IMG/VR virus record: IMGVR_UViG_2700989507_000006
Direction: 5' to 3' (one strand)
From: a virus
Lineage: Duplodnaviria > Heunggongvirae > Uroviricota > Caudoviricetes
Length of the DNA: 64,000 nucleotides
Numbering within the stretch: position 1 is the first letter of the stretch; every line of letters starts with the position of its first letter. This document shows positions 20,839 through 30,648 of this stretch, in pieces. The notes beneath the pieces were generated by a model, which worked only from the letters and a program-made list of their open reading frames with translations, did not search any database and was not told the DNA's origin. Made by a program: the position numbers and the translations under genes.

Positions 20839-21627
20839 ATGCTGGAAAAAGACTACCAGTTATCCGCATATAAAAAATTGTCCGCCGCCGGTGGGATGAA
20901 AACACCTGGTGCCATAACATCGGCACGAAACAGTGCTAACACAGCAAAACTGCTTGCAGAAGAATTGACCGGATTAATTCTGGATACAATTGTCTATCCC
21001 GACACTATTACCAGCTATGTTTCAACGATCAGAACAACCGCAACTGGTTTAACGAATATTGGAGGGCTGGCAACTCAGCACGCGGACCTGTTGGCTGGTT
21101 ATGCTGATCTGTCAATGCTCCTTCAACTCGATATTGGTTGGGATGTTTACTGTCGTGCTAATGAGCGAGAAGTTTCAGAACTGCCGATCTCTATTGCCAT
21201 TGGTGACGCGACTACAACGAAATCGCTTGAGGACTCTGTAAATGCGCTTAATACGTCGAGTTTAGTCGCTGCTATGGGGGACATTAACCAGACCCTTAAC
21301 ACAGGCTCAGGAAGCTCGTCAGGCTCTGATTCAGGTGGCGGCGCAGTCACTCCCCCACCAGCACTGACAGAACAACAAGTTGAAGCACTGAAGGAAGCAA
21401 CTGAACAATTTGGTGCTTTTTTCGACCAGACAACAGTACCGGTAGCAGCATTGCAACAGCAGTATGAACGAGCGAAGGAAAGCGCCAGCGTAGCCATAAC
21501 TGCTTATAACCATGCTATCGGTACCGCGCTTGCGGAAGCATCAGCAAATAAGGCCAGCACAGCCAGCGCAGTCGCCGCTTTGGTTCCTGATTCTGTTCTT
21601 GATGAATTAAACAAAGCGGCACAGTAA
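20839..21627 (+). CDS. hypothetical protein with Ser/Gly-rich linker
   Basis: ATG 20839 after AGGAG RBS (track ORF from 20782); low-complexity TGSGSSSGSDSGGG segment. Confidence 0.5.
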   Translation: MLEKDYQLSAYKKLSAAGGMKTPGAITSARNSANTAKLLAEELTGLILDTIVYPDTITSYVSTIRTTATGLTNIGGLATQHADLLAGYADLSMLLQLDIGWDVYCRANEREVSELPISIAIGDATTTKSLEDSVNALNTSSLVAAMGDINQTLNTGSGSSSGSDSGGGAVTPPPALTEQQVEALKEATEQFGAFFDQTTVPVAALQQQYERAKESASVAITAYNHAIGTALAEASANKASTASAVAALVPDSVLDELNKAAQ

Positions 21628-21666
21628 CAAAGGACTTCATTGATAATTTTTCTTCAGGAGGAAGAC

Positions 21667-22089
21667 ATGTCATTCTTTTCTACGTTAAAAACAGCTTTGT
21701 CTTTGAAGGAGAAACTTGCTGCTACTGGTGTTCTTGTTCTGATTTGCGCACTTGTTGGTGCCGGGTTTGCATGGGAACGTCATCAGCTAAAGCAAGCCTT
21801 GGATAAAATTGGCAGTCTTGATCAGGCTGTTAAGGAACGTGATAAGTCAATAATGGATCTTAACCAGACCATTGAGACGATGAACAAAGCAGATCAACAT
21901 TTTCACAGCCAGGAAGTGAAAAATGAATCAGAACAAGCCAAGTATGCTGACAGGCAAATGGAACGAAAAGCAGAAGTTCAGAAACAACTGGTTGCGGCGG
22001 GTAATGTTCGCCAGCGCATTCCTGCTGACACTCAGCGGTTGCTCCGGGAGTCGATCAGCGAATTTAACGCCGACGCCGACAAAGGTTAA
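21667..22089 (+). CDS. i-spanin-like protein (Rz-type: N-terminal TM helix plus periplasmic coiled coil)
   Basis: ATG 21667 after AGGAGG; TM segment LAATGVLVLICALVGAGFAW then charged helical region; embedded +1-frame lipoprotein gene near its 3' end. Confidence 0.5.
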   Translation: MSFFSTLKTALSLKEKLAATGVLVLICALVGAGFAWERHQLKQALDKIGSLDQAVKERDKSIMDLNQTIETMNKADQHFHSQEVKNESEQAKYADRQMERKAEVQKQLVAAGNVRQRIPADTQRLLRESISEFNADADKG

Positions 22090-22255
22090 CCACCCTGCCC
22101 CCAAAAGTGCATTTATGTGCAGAATGCCAGAGTTTAGCAGTGAATATTTTGATGATCTGCCAGCGTATATCCTCGATACAGAAACGATGCTGATGGGGAT
22201 TAATAGGAAGAATCGCAACGTTAATGATTACAACCGCGCTATCAGCGGTAACTAA
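22004..22255 (+). CDS. o-spanin-like outer-membrane lipoprotein (Rz1-type, overlapped)
   Basis: MFASAFLLTLSGCSG lipobox (LSGC), Pro-rich TPTPTKVNHPAPK; starts inside the i-spanin-like gene in another frame. Confidence 0.5.
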   Translation: MFASAFLLTLSGCSGSRSANLTPTPTKVNHPAPKSAFMCRMPEFSSEYFDDLPAYILDTETMLMGINRKNRNVNDYNRAISGN

Positions 22256-22266
22256 AAGGAAAAACT

Positions 22267-22626
22267 ATGTCCGATATGGAAATTGAAAAAGAGATTCTGG
22301 CCAAAGGCAAAACAGCACCACGCCTGACTCCTGATCACATCGAGAGTGTGATTGCCGAAGAGCATTATTTCACAGCTTTTGACGGCATTCGCGCTGCGCA
22401 TGAAGGCGTTCGTGAGGTGCTGTCTGTTCATCCCTCTACGCGTAGCCTGACCATCTGTGTCTTGGTGCTGTGCAATGGATTCATTGTTACCGGGGAAAGC
22501 GCCTGTGCCAGCCCTAAAAATTTCGACGCGGAGATTGGCCGTAAGGTGGCCCGTAAGAACGCCATTGAGAAAATCTGGCCGCTGGAAGGTTATCTGCTGA
22601 AGCAAAAGCTCAGCGAGCAGATTTAA
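22267..22626 (+). CDS. Gp49/Sf6-gp66-like phage protein
   Basis: 119 aa; CNGFIVTGESACASPKNFDAEIGRKVARKNAIEKIWPLEGY matches remembered Gp49-family core. Confidence 0.45.
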   Translation: MSDMEIEKEILAKGKTAPRLTPDHIESVIAEEHYFTAFDGIRAAHEGVREVLSVHPSTRSLTICVLVLCNGFIVTGESACASPKNFDAEIGRKVARKNAIEKIWPLEGYLLKQKLSEQI

Positions 22627-22696
22627 TCAACTGTAGAAATCGTAATATCAACACTCATGACTTTACTTTGGCAGGAAGCCACTAAGGACAAACAAC

Positions 22697-23098
22697 ATGT
22701 TTGCGGTTAAACAAGAAATAAACAACGCTACTTCTTTGTTCGAAATTGAGAGTATTACCGTTGGATATCCTGGGTCAGATCAATTTAAACAGGCGTTCGA
22801 GATTGCTGAAGCACTGGGTATCAAAACGCCTGATGCGATTGAATATATCCCTGTTGCGTACGAAGATGAGGAGATGACAAAGGCAATCGGGGAAGAGCAA
22901 ACTTTGAGTACAGAGCGTAAGGATGTACAGCGGGATGACTGTATCGCCGTGATTTGCTCTGGGGTTGCTTCTGAAATGTTCCCCGACCTCCCTGCCATAG
23001 GAGGTGTTGGTTATCAATTCCTCTACAAAGGTGATACGTTACGCATCTATACAAGTAGTTTGTTGATCGAAGAAGTAGGTACGGAAAACGACAACTAA
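22697..23098 (+). CDS. hypothetical acidic protein
   Basis: 133-aa ORF upstream of the plasmid origin. Confidence 0.45.
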   Translation: MFAVKQEINNATSLFEIESITVGYPGSDQFKQAFEIAEALGIKTPDAIEYIPVAYEDEEMTKAIGEEQTLSTERKDVQRDDCIAVICSGVASEMFPDLPAIGGVGYQFLYKGDTLRIYTSSLLIEEVGTENDN

Positions 23099-23139
23099 TT
23101 CGCTTCAACTCTTCACAGAAATCGGTCCTCAGTGGCCGG

Positions 23140-23420
23140 TTTTTCACTTATCCACATTATCCACTGGGTAGATCCAATAATTAGGTCCATACAGATCCCA
23201 ATTAGATCCATATAGATCCCTGATCGTTGCAGGCCGCGCCACGTCTGGCTTAGAAGTGTATCGCGATGTGTGCTGGAGGGAAAACGATGTGTGCTGGCGG
23301 GATAAAAATGTGTGCTGACGGGTTGCTAATGTGTGCTGGCGGGATATAGGATGTGTGCTGACGGGAAAGCCTGGGTAGTTATCACCACTTATAAAAGCTA
23401 TCCACATAATTCGGAAAAAG
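23140..23420. other. plasmid replication origin (oriR): DnaA boxes, GATC cluster, iterons, repA promoter
   Basis: Tandem DnaA boxes ttatccaca/ttatccact at 23148-23165 and again at ~23380-23408; five GATC within 23170-23226; five iterons follow. Confidence 0.8.
23265..23370 (+). repeat. five direct 19-bp iterons (incC-type), consensus ATGTGTGCTGGAGGGAAAA
   Basis: gatgtgtgctggagggaaaa, gatgtgtgctggcgggataaa, tgtgtgctgacgggttg, tgtgtgctggcgggata, atgtgtgctgacgggaaa. Confidence 0.85.
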
Positions 23421-23424
23421 TAAT

Positions 23425-24285
23425 ATGAATCAATCTTTTATCTCCGATATTCTTTACGCAGACATTGAAAGTAAGGCAAAAGAACTAACAGTTAATTCAA
23501 ACAACACTGTGCAGCCTGTAGCGTTGATGCGCTTGGGGGTATTCGTGCCGAAGCCATCAAAGAGCAAAGGAGAAAGTAAAGAGATTGATGCCACCAAAGC
23601 GTTTTCCCAGCTGGAGATAGCTAAAGCCGAGGGTTACGATGATATTAAAATCACCGGTCCTCGACTCGATATGGATACTGATTTCAAAACGTGGATCGGT
23701 GTCATCTACGCGTTCAGCAAATACGGCTTGTCCTCAAACACCATCCAGTTATCGTTTCAGGAATTCGCTAAAGCCTGTGGTTTCCCCTCAAAACGTCTGG
23801 ATGCGAAACTGCGTTTAACCATTCATGAATCACTTGGACGCTTGCGTAACAAGGGTATCGCTTTTAAGCGCGGAAAAGATGCTAAAGGCGGCTATCAGAC
23901 TGGTCTGCTGAAGGTCGGGCGTTTTGATGCTGACCTTGATCTGATAGAGCTGGAGGCTGATTCGAAGCTGTGGGAGCTGTTCCAGCTTGATTATCGCGTT
24001 CTGTTGCAACACCACGCCTTGCGTGCCCTTCCGAAGAAAGAAGCTGCACAAGCCATTTACACTTTCATCGAAAGCCTTCCGCAGAACCCGTTGCCGCTAT
24101 CGTTCGCGCGAATCCGTGAGCGCCTGGCTTTGCAGTCAGCTGTTGGCGAGCAAAACCGTATCATTAAGAAAGCGATAGAACAGCTTAAAACAATCGGCTA
24201 TCTCGACTGTTCAATTGAGAAGAAAGGCCGGGAAAGTTTTGTAATCGTCCATTCTCGCAATCCAAAGCTGAAACTTCCCGAATAA
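23425..24285 (+). CDS. repA: iteron-binding plasmid replication initiator
   Basis: 286-aa ORF between two iteron arrays; N-terminus MNQSFISDILYADIESKAKEL matches P1 RepA as I remember it. Confidence 0.9.
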   Translation: MNQSFISDILYADIESKAKELTVNSNNTVQPVALMRLGVFVPKPSKSKGESKEIDATKAFSQLEIAKAEGYDDIKITGPRLDMDTDFKTWIGVIYAFSKYGLSSNTIQLSFQEFAKACGFPSKRLDAKLRLTIHESLGRLRNKGIAFKRGKDAKGGYQTGLLKVGRFDADLDLIELEADSKLWELFQLDYRVLLQHHALRALPKKEAAQAIYTFIESLPQNPLPLSFARIRERLALQSAVGEQNRIIKKAIEQLKTIGYLDCSIEKKGRESFVIVHSRNPKLKLPE

Positions 24286-24570
24286 GTGTGTGCTGGAGGG
24301 AAGCTGCATTAAAAAAATGTGTGCTGACGGGAAGGCTTGTCCAATTTCCTGTTTTTGATGTGCGCTGGAGGGGGACGCCCCGCAGTTTGCCCAGACTTTC
24401 CCTCCAGCACACATCTGTCCATCCGTTTTTCCCTCCAGTGCACATGTAATTCTCTGTCTTTCCCTCCAGTACACATATTTGATACCAGCGATCCCTCCAC
24501 AGCACATAATTCAATGCGACTTCCCTCTATCGCACATCTTAGACTTTTATTCTCCCTCCAGCACACATCG
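24286..24570. repeat. nine iterons in two orientations (incA-type copy-control array)
   Basis: Three copies of tgtgtgctggaggg-type in plus orientation followed by six ccctccagcacaca-type in inverse orientation. Confidence 0.85.
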
Positions 24571-24842
24571 AAGCTGCCGGGCAAGCCGTTCTCACCAGTT
24601 GATAGAGAGTGAAGCCTGGCAGCCCGTTGAAGCAGGAAATCACCAAAATGATTCAGGCTACAACCTGAACATAGAAGAAATCCGCGTCCTTTATACGTGG
24701 AGGATGCCAAAGCATGTTGTGACACACTTGGCAAAGGAGTAAACATGCAGAGAATGCTATGTACAAGCATCTACGCATACATTATTATTTTATGCAGCAT
24801 TTTTAATTAAATTCAAAAATACAGCATAAAGGATGACTTTCG

Positions 24843-26039
24843 ATGAGTGATTCCAGCCAGCTTCACAAGGTTGCTCAAAGAGCAAACAGAATGCTCAATG
24901 TTCTGACTGAACAAGTACAGTTGCAAAAGGATGAGCTACACGCGAACGAGTTTTACCAGGTCTATGCGAAAGCGGCACTGGCAAAATTGCCTCTACTGAC
25001 TCGAGCGAACGTTGACTATGCCGTAAGTGAAATGGAAGAAAAGGGTTATGTTTTCGATAAACGTCCTGCTGGCTCTTCAATGAAATATGCGATGTCAATT
25101 CAGAACATCATTGACATATATGAACATCGCGGAGTGCCAAAATACCGGGATCGCTACAGCGAAGCGTATGTGATTTTCATCTCCAATCTTAAAGGCGGTG
25201 TGTCAAAAACTGTATCGACGGTTTCTCTGGCGCATGCAATGCGTGCCCACCCTCATCTTCTGATGGAAGATTTAAGGATTCTGGTTATTGACCTTGATCC
25301 GCAATCTTCAGCAACGATGTTTTTAAGCCATAAACACTCTATTGGTATCGTAAACGCAACATCTGCACAGGCTATGTTGCAGAATGTAAGCCGTGAAGAG
25401 CTGTTAGAGGAGTTTATTGTTCCTTCTGTTGTACCTGGGGTTGACGTTATGCCTGCGTCGATTGACGATGCCTTTATTGCATCCGATTGGAGAGAGCTGT
25501 GCAATGAGCATCTACCGGGTCAGAACATCCATGCTGTCCTGAAAGAAAATGTGATTGATAAGCTGAAGAGCGATTATGATTTTATCCTCGTTGATAGTGG
25601 TCCTCACCTTGACGCCTTCCTGAAAAATGCTTTGGCCTCGGCCAATATACTGTTTACACCTCTGCCGCCAGCAACTGTCGATTTCCACTCATCGCTTAAA
25701 TACGTTGCCCGCCTTCCTGAGTTGGTGAAACTCATTTCGGATGAAGGCTGCGAGTGCCAGCTTGCGACTAACATTGGTTTTATGTCCAAGTTGAGTAACA
25801 AGGCAGATCATAAGTATTGCCATAGCCTGGCTAAAGAAGTGTTCGGTGGGGATATGCTCGATGTCGTCCTCCCTCGCCTTGACGGTTTTGAACGTTGCGG
25901 CGAGTCTTTTGACACTGTTATTTCAGCTAACCCGGCAACGTATGTTGGTAGTGCTGATGCATTGAAGAACGCGCGAATTGCCGCGGAAGATTTTGCTAAA
26001 GCAGTTTTTGACCGTATTGAATTTATCAGATCTAACTGA
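24843..26039 (+). CDS. parA: partition ATPase, ParA type Ia (deviant Walker A)
   Basis: 398 aa; KGGVSKT deviant Walker A; N-terminal HTH-like extension. Confidence 0.9.
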   Translation: MSDSSQLHKVAQRANRMLNVLTEQVQLQKDELHANEFYQVYAKAALAKLPLLTRANVDYAVSEMEEKGYVFDKRPAGSSMKYAMSIQNIIDIYEHRGVPKYRDRYSEAYVIFISNLKGGVSKTVSTVSLAHAMRAHPHLLMEDLRILVIDLDPQSSATMFLSHKHSIGIVNATSAQAMLQNVSREELLEEFIVPSVVPGVDVMPASIDDAFIASDWRELCNEHLPGQNIHAVLKENVIDKLKSDYDFILVDSGPHLDAFLKNALASANILFTPLPPATVDFHSSLKYVARLPELVKLISDEGCECQLATNIGFMSKLSNKADHKYCHSLAKEVFGGDMLDVVLPRLDGFERCGESFDTVISANPATYVGSADALKNARIAAEDFAKAVFDRIEFIRSN

Positions 26040-26055
26040 GGAGTAAGAAACCCCC

Positions 26056-27057
26056 ATGTCAAAGAAAAACAGACCAACAATTGGGCGAACCCTTAATCCT
26101 TCAATATTAAGCGGATTTGATAGTTCTTCAGCCTCTGGCGATCGAGTCGAGCAGGTATTCAAGTTATCAACTGGTCGCCAGGCCACATTTATTGAAGAGG
26201 TAATACCTCCGAACCAGGTAGAAAGCGATACCTTTGTTGATCAGCATAACAACGGGCGTGACCAGGCATCTCTTACGCCAAAATCATTAAAAAGTATCCG
26301 AAGCACTATTAAGCATCAGCAATTTTACCCTGCAATAGGTGTTAGACGGGCTACAGGGAAAATTGAAATTTTGGATGGTTCCCGGCGTCGAGCTTCTGCC
26401 ATCTTAGAGAACGTAGGGTTGCGGGTTTTAGTCACGGACCAGGAGATCAGCGTTCAGGAAGCGCAAAATTTAGCGAAAGACGTTCAGACAGCATTGCAGC
26501 ACAGCATTCGAGAAATAGGTCTGCGTTTGATGCGAATGAAAAATGATGGGATGAGTCAGAAGGATATTGCAGCCAAAGAAGGGCTGTCTCAGGCGAAGGT
26601 CACGCGTGCTCTCCAGGCAGCGAGTGCTCCGGAAGAATTAGTCGCCCTTTTCCCTGTGCAGTCGGAATTAACCTTTTCGGACTACAAAACGCTTTGTGCT
26701 GTTGGCGACGAAATGGGGAACAAGAATTTAGAGTTTGATCAGCTTATTCAAAACATATCCCCGGAAATAAACGACATCTTATCCATTGAAGAAATGGCCG
26801 AAGATGAAGTTAAAAATAAAATCCTGCGCTTGATAACAAAGGAAGCCTCACTACTCACGGATAAAGGTTCTAAAGATAAGTCCGTAGTTACTGAATTATG
26901 GAAATTTGAGGACAAGGATCGCTTTGCAAGGAAGCGCGTGAAAGGCCGTGCATTTTCTTATGAGTTTAATCGACTTTCAAAAGAGTTACAGGAAGAACTC
27001 GACAGGATGATTGGGCATATCCTTAGAAAGAGCCTCGATAAAAAGCCGAAGCCTTAA
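26056..27057 (+). CDS. parB: partition centromere-binding protein
   Basis: 333-aa ORF directly downstream of parA and upstream of a heptamer/hexamer-box site. Confidence 0.85.
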   Translation: MSKKNRPTIGRTLNPSILSGFDSSSASGDRVEQVFKLSTGRQATFIEEVIPPNQVESDTFVDQHNNGRDQASLTPKSLKSIRSTIKHQQFYPAIGVRRATGKIEILDGSRRRASAILENVGLRVLVTDQEISVQEAQNLAKDVQTALQHSIREIGLRLMRMKNDGMSQKDIAAKEGLSQAKVTRALQAASAPEELVALFPVQSELTFSDYKTLCAVGDEMGNKNLEFDQLIQNISPEINDILSIEEMAEDEVKNKILRLITKEASLLTDKGSKDKSVVTELWKFEDKDRFARKRVKGRAFSYEFNRLSKELQEELDRMIGHILRKSLDKKPKP

Positions 27058-27150
27058 ACTTTCGCCATTCAAATTTCACTATTAACATACTGTTTTTAAA
27101 GTAAATCACTCTAAAATTTCAAGGTGAAATCGCCACGATTTCACCTTGGA
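27058..27150. other. partition site parS (box A ATTTCAC heptamers, box B TCGCCA hexamers flanking an A/T-rich IHF-like core)
   Basis: tcgccattcaaatttcac ... A/T core ... gtgaaatcgccacgatttcac. Confidence 0.75.
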
Positions 27151-27207
27151 TTTTACCTTCCTCCCCTCCTCCCGAAAAAAATAAAAAAATTGCTTGTCAC
27201 GAGAAAG

Positions 27208-27231
27208 TCAACAAGTGACTTTCAATAAAAT
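27208..27231 (+). promoter_or_regulatory. late-promoter motif (tcaacaagtgactttcaa + TAAAAT)
   Basis: Member of the repeated late motif family; palindromic GTCAacaagTGAC core. Confidence 0.45.
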
Positions 27232-27282
27232 CTCTTCCGAAAAGGGATTCACACAAGTGCCTTGTGTTTAAGGAAGAGTAAA

Positions 27283-28989
27283 TTGAGTAACTTACGCGAA
27301 TACCAGAATCGTATTGCAGATATCGCAAAACGCTCTAAAGCTGTGCTTGGCTGGGCAAGCACTGCGCAGTTCGGTACTGATAACCAATTCATTAAAGATG
27401 ATGCCGCGCGTGCCGCATCTATCCTTGAAGCTGCACGTAAAGACCCGGTTTTTGCGGGTATCTCTGATAATGCCACCGCTCAAATCGCTACAGCGTGGGC
27501 AAGTGCACTGGCTGACTACGCCGCAGCACATAAATCTATGCCGCGTCCGGAAATTCTGGCCTCCTGCCACCAGACGCTGGAAAACTGCCTGATTGAGTCC
27601 ACCCGCAATAGCATGGATGCCACTAATAAAGCGATGCTGGAATCCGTCGCAGCAGAGATGATGAGCGTTTCTGACGGTGTTATGCGTCTGCCTTTATTCC
27701 TCGCGATGATCCTGCCTGTTCAGTTGGGGGCAGCTACCGCTGATGCGTGTACCTTCATTCCGGTTACGCGTGACCAGTCCGACATCTATGAAGTCTTTAA
27801 CGTGGCAGGTTCCTCTTTTGGTTCTTATGCTGCTGGTGATGTTCTGGACATGCAATCCGTCGGTGTGTACAGCCAGTTACGCCGCCGCTATGTGCTGGTG
27901 GCAAGCTCCGATGGCACCAGCAAAACCGCAACCTTCAAGATGGAAGACTTCGAAGGCCAGAATGTACCAATCCGAAAAGGTCGCACTAACATCTACGTTA
28001 ACCGTATTAAGTCTGTTGTTGATAACGGTTCCGGCAGCCTACTTCACTCGTTTACTAATGCTGCTGGTGAGCAAATCACTGTTACCTGCTCTCTGAACTA
28101 CAACATTGGTCAGATTGCCCTGTCGTTCTCCAAAGCGCCGGATAAAGGCACTGAGATCGCAATTGAGACGGAAATCAATATTGAAGCCGCTCCTGAGCTG
28201 ATCCCGCTGATCAACCACGAAATGAAGAAATACACCCTGTTCCCAAGCCAGTTCGTTATCGCGGCTGAGCACACGGTACAGGCGGCGTATGAAGCACAGC
28301 GTGAATTTGGTCTGGACCTGGGTTCCCTACAGTTCCGCACCCTGAAGGAATACCTGTCTCATGAACAGGATATGCTGCGTCTTCGCATCATGATCTGGCG
28401 TACTCTTGCGACCGACACCTTTGACATCGCTCTGCCGGTTAACCAGTCCTTTGATGTATGGGCAACCATCATTCGTGGCAAATTCCAGACTGTATATCGC
28501 GACATTATTGAGCGCGTTAAATCTTCTGGTGCGATGGGGATGTTTGCTGGTGCTGATGCAGCATCTTTCTTCAAACAGTTGCCGAAGGATTTCTTCCAGC
28601 CAGCCGAAGACTATATCCAGACTCCGTATGTTCACTACATCGGTACCCTGTTCGGTAACGTGAAAGTGTACGAAGTACCTGCTGGTATTTGTAAGAACTT
28701 AACGACAGAGAACATTCAGTTCAGCTCGATGGATGTGCTGTGCTACGTCCGTGATGAAAATCCGGGTAAAGCAGGCTTCGTGACTGGTGATGCTGTCCCG
28801 GCCATCCCGTTCCAGCATCCGACCACTCCGGCGCTGGTCAACCGTACCACGCTGTGGGGTTCGGCTATCAACGATATGCACCCACGCAACGGCGCTGATT
28901 ACTTCACTCGTGTAACGCTGACAATGGCCAAAAAAGGCGGGCTTAACTTCATAAGCGGCGACACGATTGATGCCGGTGACTCTGAGTAA
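27283..28989 (+). CDS. major head (capsid) protein precursor candidate
   Basis: Likely TTG start 27283 after AAGGAAG RBS (track ORF from 27262); ~568 aa with Ala-rich helical N-terminal ~130 aa resembling a cleavable scaffold domain; size fits P1 gp23. Confidence 0.5.
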   Translation: MSNLREYQNRIADIAKRSKAVLGWASTAQFGTDNQFIKDDAARAASILEAARKDPVFAGISDNATAQIATAWASALADYAAAHKSMPRPEILASCHQTLENCLIESTRNSMDATNKAMLESVAAEMMSVSDGVMRLPLFLAMILPVQLGAATADACTFIPVTRDQSDIYEVFNVAGSSFGSYAAGDVLDMQSVGVYSQLRRRYVLVASSDGTSKTATFKMEDFEGQNVPIRKGRTNIYVNRIKSVVDNGSGSLLHSFTNAAGEQITVTCSLNYNIGQIALSFSKAPDKGTEIAIETEINIEAAPELIPLINHEMKKYTLFPSQFVIAAEHTVQAAYEAQREFGLDLGSLQFRTLKEYLSHEQDMLRLRIMIWRTLATDTFDIALPVNQSFDVWATIIRGKFQTVYRDIIERVKSSGAMGMFAGADAASFFKQLPKDFFQPAEDYIQTPYVHYIGTLFGNVKVYEVPAGICKNLTTENIQFSSMDVLCYVRDENPGKAGFVTGDAVPAIPFQHPTTPALVNRTTLWGSAINDMHPRNGADYFTRVTLTMAKKGGLNFISGDTIDAGDSE

Positions 28990-29049
28990 TCAGGGGAAGT
29001 TCTCCGTTTAACATAGCGCCCCCGTGCGGGGCGCATAACAGGGAAAGTT

Positions 29050-30639
29050 ATGTCTCAATATTCAATTCAACAGTCATTAGGTAATGCATCCGGCGTCGCG
29101 GTTAGCCCGATCAATGCCGATGCGACGTTATCTACCGGTGTTGCATTAAATAGCAGCTTGTGGGCTGGTATTGGCGTATTTGCGCGTGGCAAGCCGTTTA
29201 CTGTTCTGGCGGTTACTGAGTCCAATTACGAAGATGTTCTCGGCGAACCGCTGAAGCCGTCTTCCGGCTCACAGTTCGAACCAATTCGTCATGTGTACGA
29301 AGCTATTCAGCAAACGTCTGGTTATGTTGTTCGTGCTGTTCCGGATGATGCGAAGTTCCCGATTATTATGTTCGATGAATCAGGCGAACCGGCTTACAGT
29401 GCGTTGCCATACGGTTCTGAAATTGAACTTGATAGCGGCGAAGCCTTTGCTATCTACGTTGATGATGGTGATCCGTGTATTTCACCTACCCGTGAGTTAA
29501 CCATCGAAACGGCAACAGCGGACAGCGCAGGTAATGAACGCTTCCTCTTAAAACTGACCCAGACGACTTCGCTCGGTGTGGTAACGACCCTGGAGACACA
29601 TACTGTGTCTTTGGCGGAAGAAGCGAAAGATGACATGGGCCGCTTGTGTTATCTGCCTACGGCTCTGGAAGCCCGTTCTAAATATTTGCGCGCGGTTGTT
29701 AATGAAGAGCTGATTTCGACGGCGAAAGTAACAAATAAAAAATCGCTGGCGTTCACTGGCGGTACCAATGGCGATCAGTCGAACATTTCCACTGCCGCTT
29801 ACCTGCGTGCGGTTAAAGTGCTGAACAATGCGCCGTACATGTACACCGCTGTTCTCGGCCTGGGTTGCTATGACAATGCGGCGATCACCGCGTTAGGTAA
29901 TATCTGTTCTGATCGCCTGATTGATGGCTTCTTTGATGTCAAACCGACATTGACGTATACGGAAGCGCTCTCTGCTGTTGAAGATACCGGTTTACTTGGT
30001 ACCGATTATGTAAGCTGTGCTGTCTATCACTTCCCGTTCTCCTGCAAAGACAAATGGACCCAATCCCGTGTGGTCTTCGGTCTTTCTGGCGCGGCGTATG
30101 CGGCGAAAGCTCGTGGCGTCAAGAAAAACTCTGATGTCGGCGGTTGGCATTACTCACCGGCTGGTGAAGAACGTGCCGTCATTGCTCGTGCGTCAATTCA
30201 ACCGCTGTATCCGGAAGATACCCCGGACGAAGAAGCAATGGTTAAGGGCCGCCTCAATAAAGTATCTGTTGGCACCTCTGGCCAGATGATCATCGACGAT
30301 GCTTTAACTTGCTGCACGCAGGATAACTATCTGCACTTCCAGCACGTCCCATCCCTGATGAACGCAATCAGCCGTTTCTTTGTCCAGTTAGCCCGACAGA
30401 TGAAGCATAACCCGGACGGCATTACTGAGTCTGGCCTGACTAAAGGGATGACCAAACTTTTGGATCGCTTTGTCGCCTCCGGCGCTCTGGTGGCTCCTCG
30501 TGATCCTGATGCTGACGGTACAGAACCGTATGTGCTGAAAGTTACGCAGGCGGAATTCGATAAATGGGAAGTAGTCTGGGCCTGCTGCCCGACTGGCGTA
30601 GCCCGTCGTATCCAGGGCGTACCGCTGCTTATTAAGTAA
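29050..30639 (+). CDS. contractile tail sheath protein candidate
   Basis: 529 aa; central segment AVLGLGCYDNAAITALGNICSDRLIDGFFDV parallels sheath-family core; directly after major structural gene. Confidence 0.5.
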   Translation: MSQYSIQQSLGNASGVAVSPINADATLSTGVALNSSLWAGIGVFARGKPFTVLAVTESNYEDVLGEPLKPSSGSQFEPIRHVYEAIQQTSGYVVRAVPDDAKFPIIMFDESGEPAYSALPYGSEIELDSGEAFAIYVDDGDPCISPTRELTIETATADSAGNERFLLKLTQTTSLGVVTTLETHTVSLAEEAKDDMGRLCYLPTALEARSKYLRAVVNEELISTAKVTNKKSLAFTGGTNGDQSNISTAAYLRAVKVLNNAPYMYTAVLGLGCYDNAAITALGNICSDRLIDGFFDVKPTLTYTEALSAVEDTGLLGTDYVSCAVYHFPFSCKDKWTQSRVVFGLSGAAYAAKARGVKKNSDVGGWHYSPAGEERAVIARASIQPLYPEDTPDEEAMVKGRLNKVSVGTSGQMIIDDALTCCTQDNYLHFQHVPSLMNAISRFFVQLARQMKHNPDGITESGLTKGMTKLLDRFVASGALVAPRDPDADGTEPYVLKVTQAEFDKWEVVWACCPTGVARRIQGVPLLIK

Positions 30640-30648
30640 GGAAATACA

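Noticed and set aside
23144-24770. Several ORFs (23144-23407, 24185-24514, 24211-24507, 24309-24770, 24337-24612) and the possibility of a CRISPR array
   Set aside because: They span the iteron arrays; repeats are 19-bp initiator-binding iterons in two orientations with irregular spacing next to repA and DnaA boxes, not CRISPR repeats with unique spacers, and no cas genes are present
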